The notes under the pieces were generated by a model. The model saw nothing but the letters and a program-made list of their open reading frames with translations, was not told the DNA's origin and searched no databases. 64,000 nucleotides of DNA from Syntrophorhabdaceae bacterium (lineage in GTDB: Bacteria; Desulfobacterota; Syntrophorhabdia; Syntrophorhabdales; Syntrophorhabdaceae). Numbering within the stretch: position 1 is the stretch's first letter; each line of letters opens with the position of its first letter. Shown here in pieces: positions 57,489 through 64,000 of the stretch. Position numbers and translations under genes: made by a program. The stretch is from positions 128,001 through 192,000 of the forward strand of contig CAXXUO010000004.1 of NCBI GenBank assembly GCA_963666485.2. The letters run 5' to 3'.

Positions 57489-58429
57489 TCCGGTTTGCGG
57501 CATTCAAGAACCTGCGCCAAGCCGGGATCCTCGGCATGAACAGCAGAAATTCCGACATCATAATGGCGTATAATCCCCGGTCCGGCTTTCCCCTCGTCGA
57601 TAACAAGATCTTAACAAAGGAAGCTGCCGCCCTGCACGGGATCCCGACCCCGTCGCTCTATGGCGTTATAAAGAAACACGGTGACCTCGGGAAATTCAAT
57701 TCGATCATTGGGAACGTTGATTCCTTCGCGTTGAAGCCAGCCCGCGGATCCGGTGGAAGCGGCATTGTCCTTGTCCGGGAAGCACTGCCCCGATTCTTCG
57801 TGACAACAAGCGGAAGGAAGATAACCCCGGTAGATCTCGTGTATCATATCTCGGATATCCTGTCGGGTATCTTTTCCCTCGAAGGCCAGGAGGACAGCGC
57901 GATCATCGAGGCGCTTATAGAACCGCATCCCGTTTTCGAACCGGTCACCTACAAGGGTATCCCGGACATAAGGGTGATCGTGTACCGGGGCATTCCCATT
58001 ATGTCAATGGTCCGGTTTCCCACGTCCGCTTCGGACGGGAAAGCCAATCTTCACGGGGGCGCGATCGGGGCAGGAATCCAGATCGGGACGGGCCTGACGA
58101 ACACTGCCGTGCACAAAAACACCATCGTAAACGTCCATCCCGACACACTGAACCCCGTAAGCGGCATCACCATACCCGACTGGGATAAGATACTTCATAT
58201 GGCCGCTGTTTCATGGGAAATGACCGGACTCGGGTATATCGGCGCGGACCTGGTGCTCGACCGCGCGAAAGGCCCGCTTCTCCTTGAGCTTAACGCACGG
58301 CCGGGGCTTGCCATCCAGATGGCGAACAGGGCCGGCCTTATGGACCGCATCAAAAGAGTAGATTCTGCCCCTGCCTCACTATTTTCAGATCCTGCAGCAC
58401 GGGTCGCCTGGGCACAACAAAATCTGTGA
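57485..58429 (+). CDS. Alpha-L-glutamate ligase-like ATP-grasp protein
   Basis: LGMNSRN, VDNKILTK, KPARGSGGSG, GIPDIRVIV, GKANLHGG and LELNARPGLAIQMAN. Confidence 0.88.
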   Translation: MIRFAAFKNLRQAGILGMNSRNSDIIMAYNPRSGFPLVDNKILTKEAAALHGIPTPSLYGVIKKHGDLGKFNSIIGNVDSFALKPARGSGGSGIVLVREALPRFFVTTSGRKITPVDLVYHISDILSGIFSLEGQEDSAIIEALIEPHPVFEPVTYKGIPDIRVIVYRGIPIMSMVRFPTSASDGKANLHGGAIGAGIQIGTGLTNTAVHKNTIVNVHPDTLNPVSGITIPDWDKILHMAAVSWEMTGLGYIGADLVLDRAKGPLLLELNARPGLAIQMANRAGLMDRIKRVDSAPASLFSDPAARVAWAQQNL

Positions 58430-58435
58430 GTATAA

Positions 58436-59087
58436 TTATTTGAAGGATATCATGTCCGTGCGGGTGGCCGTCACCTGCTGGGAGACCCGCGGCGCATTGA
58501 GCAGATGCCAGACCGTATACTGTTCCGGGTAAAGGTCCTCGGCAGATATCCCGTCGACAGGTATAATAACTTTAAAACCGCGAAGGGCCGCTTCGCTCGC
58601 CGTGTGCAGCACGGCGCCGTGCGCGGCGGTGCCGGTGACGATCACGTGTGTCACGCCGGCCGTTTTCAGAATATTTTCAAGGTCGGTGCCCAGAAACTTG
58701 TCCGGGCCCGAGATCACGGAACGTTCGCCGGGCTTTGCGGCCAGGGCAGGAGCAACGTCGCCGAGGACGGCACCCGCCGACAGGCTGTAGGTGACCGGGA
58801 CCTTGGCGCTGCGGGCCCTCTGCGTCAGTTTCTCGACCGCAGGTACCGACGCTATGCACCTCGGGCGCCGCTCGTTATTGCACACCTGCTTGTTAAAATC
58901 GAGAAGGAGCAGCATTGTTTTGGAACTCTCGAGAACCACGGGTTTTACTTCGGGCGCCGGTTGGTGTCTTTACCTGGCCCCACAGGTCAATGATCGTTTG
59001 CGCGGACGCTGGGGTTGTGAGACCTGCCGTGAAAAAAAGTCCTGCGATAATTCCCGATACGATGAATACCGTTGGGATCTTTTTCAT
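58436..59087 (-). pseudogene. Exported isochorismatase-family (cysteine hydrolase fold) gene split by a 1-nt insertion near 58961 (possibly a sequencing error)
   Basis: The 59087 ORF gives a signal peptide plus AQTIIDLWGQVKTP; removing one base joins it to PAPEVKPVVLESSKTMLLLLDF...DKFLGTDL...GTAAHGAVLHTA. Confidence 0.75.
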
Positions 59088-59149
59088 TACCGTACCTCCC
59101 TTTCAATTCTCTTGTGTGAAACCAGGGGAAATTACCTTCAACCCGGCCT

Positions 59150-60240
59150 ATTTCATACAGGCAGGGACTACGGATGCGAGCCCTGCATCCCTGATGATAT
59201 CCCTGTAACGCTTGAACGCTCGCTCTCGATCTCCGCCTTGAGGGCCCGGCGGGCAGGGCGGCCCCCTTTTCAGGATATCGCTGTTGAGACCGGGCGAGGA
59301 CGGCATTGCAGCAGGCCGCCATACCGATCGCAAAATTGCAGGAACCTACCGTATCGCACAGGGTTATTTCGCCTGAACCATATTCGAATTTCCCCCGCTG
59401 AAGGATGAAGGAACTACGATGGTCCTCCCGATCGTTCGATGCAATTTTGGCGGAACAGGTGCTGGAAATCACCTTCCCTCCCGATATGGTCCGTCAATGA
59501 TTCCAAGCCTGCGCAATACCTTCTCCAGGTCCTCGATCAATCGGGCCCTGTTCTTTATCGATTCTTCGTCCTCGATAATATAGGGCGCGTCCTCCTCTTT
59601 GGGAACCGCCTCTTCTTCTATTTTTACCGGCTCTTCGGCAGGTTTGCCTTCGCATATTAACGGACCGGTCCCGGTGCTCTCACAGGTAAGCTCTTCATCG
59701 GGTACCTGTGCCGGGCTTGAAGGCACCAGGCTCCGGGACGGCCTCAAGGACAGGGCCGGCGGAGGATTCAAGCTCTATGACCGCCGGGGGTTCCGGACCA
59801 TCAACTGCAGGGATTTCAGTTTCGGGGACCGCTGAGACCTGAGGCCCGGGGACTATGGTAGATTCAGGTTCGAAAACCCTGTCAGGTTCGGGTTCCGGAA
59901 TTTGACAGCAGTTCGGGGCTCAGGAGCCGCAACGAGTTTCAGGTTCGGGAGTCAAAAGCGATTCAGGTTCGGGGACCGCGGGCGGTGGCTCAGGGGGTGC
60001 TGTCGTTTGATCTTCGGCCGGAAGAGGTCCGGATGCCTCACCCGACATGCCGGCACTATCATATACGTCAAAGACTGCGCCATTTCTTACCGCGTAGTTA
60101 AGGGCGGGGAGCAGCGATTCTCCGTCGTAGACATTAATATTCCCCGACCCGGAGATCATCTGGAAACCCCGTTGTCTTCCCGTCTCTTAACGACAGGGAC
60201 CCAATCCTGTCCCCCGGCCCTGCTGAAGACATCTAGAGAG
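59150..60240 (-). pseudogene. Fragmented hypothetical gene with Pro/Glu-rich linker; boundaries approximate
   Basis: Overlapping short minus-strand ORFs (59920-60159, 59469-59771, 58987-59472) with PEPPPAVPEPES and EEPVKIEEEAVPKEE. Confidence 0.4.
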
Positions 60241-60299
60241 CCGGTGTAGCCCTCCTTCTTCAGTTTTTCAAGAAACTGGCCCAAAAAGGACGGGATTCA

Positions 60300-62323
60300 T
60301 GTTGAGCATCATGTCGACCTCGTAGCTCGCGTATGATCAGGTCATGACCACATCGATCCTGCGCACGGCCGAACTGCGTGCTTGCTATTTCCTCGGGCCT
60401 GGCCGCCCGGTCGAATGTGGCCATGAGGCACGCTAAATATTGTCCCGGTGCCAGGTTTCCTGTCGAAAATGAAAACGTACCGGAACAGGAACCGTCCTCG
60501 GCAAAACACGACCGGGGGGCGTGAGCGTCTGTTTCTTTTCCCTGCCGTCCATCGTGAGAATGGCAACTTCGACCAGCACCCGCCGTGATATCAGCCCCGT
60601 CCACCGGTGATGATCTTATAGTAGACGGTTTCCGGCAGGCCTTGATATATCGGACTTGGCTGTGCCATTATCGTGGCGTCGAGAAGTATCGTTAAGCCAA
60701 TATCAACAGGGGCATCCTTGTTCAACACAGCCGCCGGGCCGGCCTTTTCAACACCTCCCTGCTTTACAGGAGCCCCCGCAGGCGGTACGGCGTCGGGGCT
60801 TTTTCAAAAAATCGTGCTCAACGAAAAACTCCGCGATCGCTTCTGCCAGGTCTTCCTCCCCGTCGGACAGGACAACGCGCGCCCTGTGATACCCGGGAAA
60901 TGCCGATGTGAGGTTGAGCACTATCCCATCTATCCGTTTATCTACGCCTGGCGGGAAGTTAATGCCCCTGCGTGAGGCCTGCTGGATGATGGAACCATCG
61001 GCGTCTTCGATACTGGCCGTCAGCCGGGCGGTTTTCTCGGAATTGCTGACGTTCTTGAAGGGAACACCCGATACTCACGTTGTCGCCCCGCTGTAAATAC
61101 GTCATCGTTGAGATCGATGGAAGAGATGACACGACGAGGGCAGTACGTGGACGTGGCAGGGGCCGAATTCCCTGTGTATGGCGACACCCGCCGGCGTCCG
61201 TGTATGTTATGTGCAACGAATCGCTGATAACGCGTTCTTCCCCCGGGCGGGGGCCGAGCACCGTAACATTGAAGAGCGTATCCTCTTTCTGGCCAACTCT
61301 CAAGCTCTTCAGGTCCCATTCCACGGTGATCGTGTCGCCGTTCTTCTCGAGCCGGGTCCGGTTTCCCGCGTAAAAGATGCCTGGTCCACCATGACGTCGG
61401 GGCCGCCGATCGAGGTTGTGACGCGGACATCCTCCATCGGCTTCACGGGAAAAGGTGAATAATAAACGGGGTGTGGAGAAATACCGGGTAGCTTTGTCGG
61501 CACCCCTGTGCGTCCATATCCAGTTGGCTTCGAGGTCGATCCCGAAGAGGGTCGACCACCGACCCAAGCCCGTTCTTGCCGATCGAAACGGACCGCCCCC
61601 GGGGTGCCCCCAAACCGGTCGAGATATGAACCACCAGTGATCTTCCGAAGTCACGATCTTCTGCGTACCATCCGCAAAATGAAAATTAGGGTCGTTCAGG
61701 GTGAGGTCGCGCGATAAACGCCGGGACCGGTCCCTTCGTATCGACGCACTTTACATGGAGATAGTTGGTAACGCCGGGGACAAGGCAGGCATTGATGCTC
61801 TGGAGTGGATGCCCATCCCTGGCCCTTCCCGACCAGCGTGCCCTCCTCCGATTCGTCCTGGCTGACGTACAGGGAAAATAGATCGTTCGACGTAATATTG
61901 GCCGTAACGGACATCGACGAATAGGAGCATATCTTCACGACCCGGTCCGCATAAGAAGGGGATCATCCAGATGCAGTCACCGTCAAAAACGCCTCCCGTG
62001 AATGCATTCACGCCCTTGTGGAAGCCCTGCGGCCAATCGTGAAGCTCAAAAACCTCACCGGTGTCTTTGTCGATCCTGACGACGCGGTCCGCATTGAGGG
62101 GGACCATCCATAGGGACCGGGCCGTCGAAGGCGCCGCCGGAAAAGGCATATTCGGTCTTTCCCATCTCGGCCGGCCTCGGGTGATGACCGGTCATGCGGC
62201 CGTTTGACGTTGTCCATCCTGACGACCTGTTCCGAATAATACGGGACCATCCATAGGGACCGGCCGTCGAAGACGCCGCCGGAAAAGGCGTATTCCACCA
62301 TCGCGTGCCCTTCGGGCCACTCG
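60300..62323 (-). pseudogene. Frameshifted continuation of the large 62324->64000 protein (three more propeller repeats plus beta-rich domains); left boundary approximate
   Basis: FSGGVFDGRSLWMVP, SLWMVPLNADRVVRID and FTGGVFDGDCIWMIP continue in shifting frames; single-base insertions explain the breaks checked. Confidence 0.7.
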
Positions 62324-64000
62324 TTATAATCTTTTCATTTCAGCCGTCACGGTGTCGAACGCGATCACGCTGTCTGCATTTGCCGGGATCATAAAAACGC
62401 TGCGGCCGTCGAAGGCGCCGCCGGAAAAGGCATGCCCGCCCTTTGCAAAACCTTCGGGCCAATTATTGTAGGCCGTCATATCACCGCTTATGGTGTCGAT
62501 CTTTACAACACTGTCCGCATAAGACGGGACCATAAAGATCGACCGGCCGTCGAAGACGCCGCCGGCGAAGGCCTGCTCGCCTTTCGTAAAACCCTGGGGC
62601 CACGCATTGTACGATGTCATCGCGCCATTCGTTATGTCGATCCGTATGAGGCCCTCGGCATTTCCCGGAATGAGCCAGACATACCGGCCGTCGAAGACGC
62701 CGCCCGAGAACGCCTGGTTGCCCTTGCGGAAACCCTCCGGCCATTGACCGTATGCCGTCATTTCCCCCGTGTTCCTGTCAACCTTGACGACGCTGTGGGC
62801 ATTTGCCGGTACCATCCAGATGTGCCCGCCATCAAAGACTGCGCCGGTGAATGCCTGGTTGCCCTTGCGAAAGCCGGTGGGCCACTGGCCGTAGCCGGTC
62901 ATGAACACACGCTCGGTGAGCGGCTTCGGCGCTATCGCCCCGCTGAAGCCGAACCCGTCCTGGTTGAAGACAGGAGGGGATACCCGGTTCGCTACCAGTT
63001 CATTAACAAACGGTATAAGGGGTCTTCCGTCGACGCATACCAGATCCTCGGACGAAAGCGAGATATATATCTGTGCGCCCTCGGAGACCGCATCTTCGAG
63101 CATCAGTTTAAGGGTCGTGATGTCGGGAATATCGAGAGAAAGGTCCTTTATGACAACGGGACTCCCATCGACTGTCACGGCAAACCGTGATTCATTCCCC
63201 GTCGGGTCCGCCATTGCCTTGTCGCAGGTTATGTATATCGCGTCCCCCACGGTGTTCGTCCGCGCATGCACGATGGACGGGTTGGCCGTGATCCCGACAC
63301 CCTCGAGGCGGATGCCTACCCGGACGGCCTTGTCGCCGTCGGGGGTAACGATCGAGGGATCGAGGCTCCGTGTCGCGTCGATACGAACGGGAGGGTTGAC
63401 ATGAACGGCCGTCCTTGCCTGTGAAAAAAGGGTGTTTCCTGACCTGACCGCCGCCTCGATGGAATATTGACCGCATTTCTTGAAATTGTACAGTATCGAT
63501 CCCAGCTCCATGACGGTATCCGGCGCAGAAACGGGAAGTTCAAATTTGACCGACTCCCGGTGCACGGTATTGCCGTCGGGGTCTTTCAACACGACGTCAG
63601 CTTTCAGGGGAGCATTCGTGTTCGATCTGTTCTTAAGGGACATCGTAAGCGCAATGCTCCCTTCCTCGTTCGCACTGCAGTACGCCGGGGTTGCCGATAT
63701 GCTCACCTCTTCGATCACGATGGCCGGGGTTATGGAAAAGTTTATTTTCTTCTCATCAAGAATATGGCCTTCGGCGGCATCGGCCACGGATAGGCGCACG
63801 CTGTACGCACCCGCAGGGTACATACCCGTATGCCATGACATGGCGACGGGTTCGAACGCACCGGGGCTGAGGTTCACGGACGGCCCTGTGTCATGCGATG
63901 CAGTGCCCGCGATATACCCTGACGGATCGGCGATCTGGGCGCTCACGACGATACTCCGGTCAAGATCGGACTTATTGTCGATCGTCGAATATATATGAAC
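62324..64000 (-). CDS. Very large multi-domain protein (5' end outside window): Ig-like beta domains, SwmB-like domain and 47-aa GGVFDG beta-propeller repeats
   Basis: Frame open to 64000; the repeat WPxGFxKGxxAFxGGVFDGRxIxMVPxxADSVVKIDxxTGxMTxY has a 141-bp period. Confidence 0.75.
   Translation of the reverse strand, partial: VHIYSTIDNKSDLDRSIVVSAQIADPSGYIAGTASHDTGPSVNLSPGAFEPVAMSWHTGMYPAGAYSVRLSVADAAEGHILDEKKINFSITPAIVIEEVSISATPAYCSANEEGSIALTMSLKNRSNTNAPLKADVVLKDPDGNTVHRESVKFELPVSAPDTVMELGSILYNFKKCGQYSIEAAVRSGNTLFSQARTAVHVNPPVRIDATRSLDPSIVTPDGDKAVRVGIRLEGVGITANPSIVHARTNTVGDAIYITCDKAMADPTGNESRFAVTVDGSPVVIKDLSLDIPDITTLKLMLEDAVSEGAQIYISLSSEDLVCVDGRPLIPFVNELVANRVSPPVFNQDGFGFSGAIAPKPLTERVFMTGYGQWPTGFRKGNQAFTGAVFDGGHIWMVPANAHSVVKVDRNTGEMTAYGQWPEGFRKGNQAFSGGVFDGRYVWLIPGNAEGLIRIDITNGAMTSYNAWPQGFTKGEQAFAGGVFDGRSIFMVPSYADSVVKIDTISGDMTAYNNWPEGFAKGGHAFSGGAFDGRSVFMIPANADSVIAFDTVTAEMKRL

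Noticed and set aside
58950..62340. Programmed frameshifting or phase variation
   Set aside because: Too many scattered +1 insertions in short runs without slippery-site context; sequencing error is simpler
1..64000. tRNA, rRNA or riboswitch genes
   Set aside because: None recognised by eye; a covariance-model scan would be needed to exclude them

Overview
This is an anaerobe-type bacterial chromosomal window; gene content and style suggest a syntrophic Desulfobacterota/Deltaproteobacterium, which is inference only. From left to right it holds: (1) a surface-polysaccharide locus (AsnB-like fragment, WbpA/B/E/D/I-type diacetamido-uronate pathway, MarR-EPS regulator, gmd-fcl, and an odd PglF-N-terminus/DegT fusion); (2) housekeeping genes (pmbA, argA-like, recN, nadK, core MetE-like); (3) an 18-21.8 kb accessory patch; (4) glcD-like oxidase, MFS transporter, ilvD and an acyl-CoA beta-oxidation/glutaryl-CoA-like cluster; (5) selB, comEC, a hybrid kinase, rpoH and a Se/Mo-hydroxylase maturation cluster joined to AmmeMemo A/B; (6) a Zn-protease/7TM/ATP-grasp operon; (7) an indel-rich tail with a very large beta-propeller protein. 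Two non-coding signals stand out. First, a four-helix-bundle (IVP/Avd-like) gene is enclosed by a perfect 24-bp inverted repeat built from 7-bp tandem units, and about ten gene-less relatives use different heptamers but similar outer ends. These include one in-frame copy inside wbpD, a 20-unit expansion and a triplication. Second, a truncated IS110 keeps a bridge-RNA-like leader whose predicted guides match its own left junction and the foot of a REP-like palindrome family found across the window. All product calls come from motif recognition; no database searches were run.
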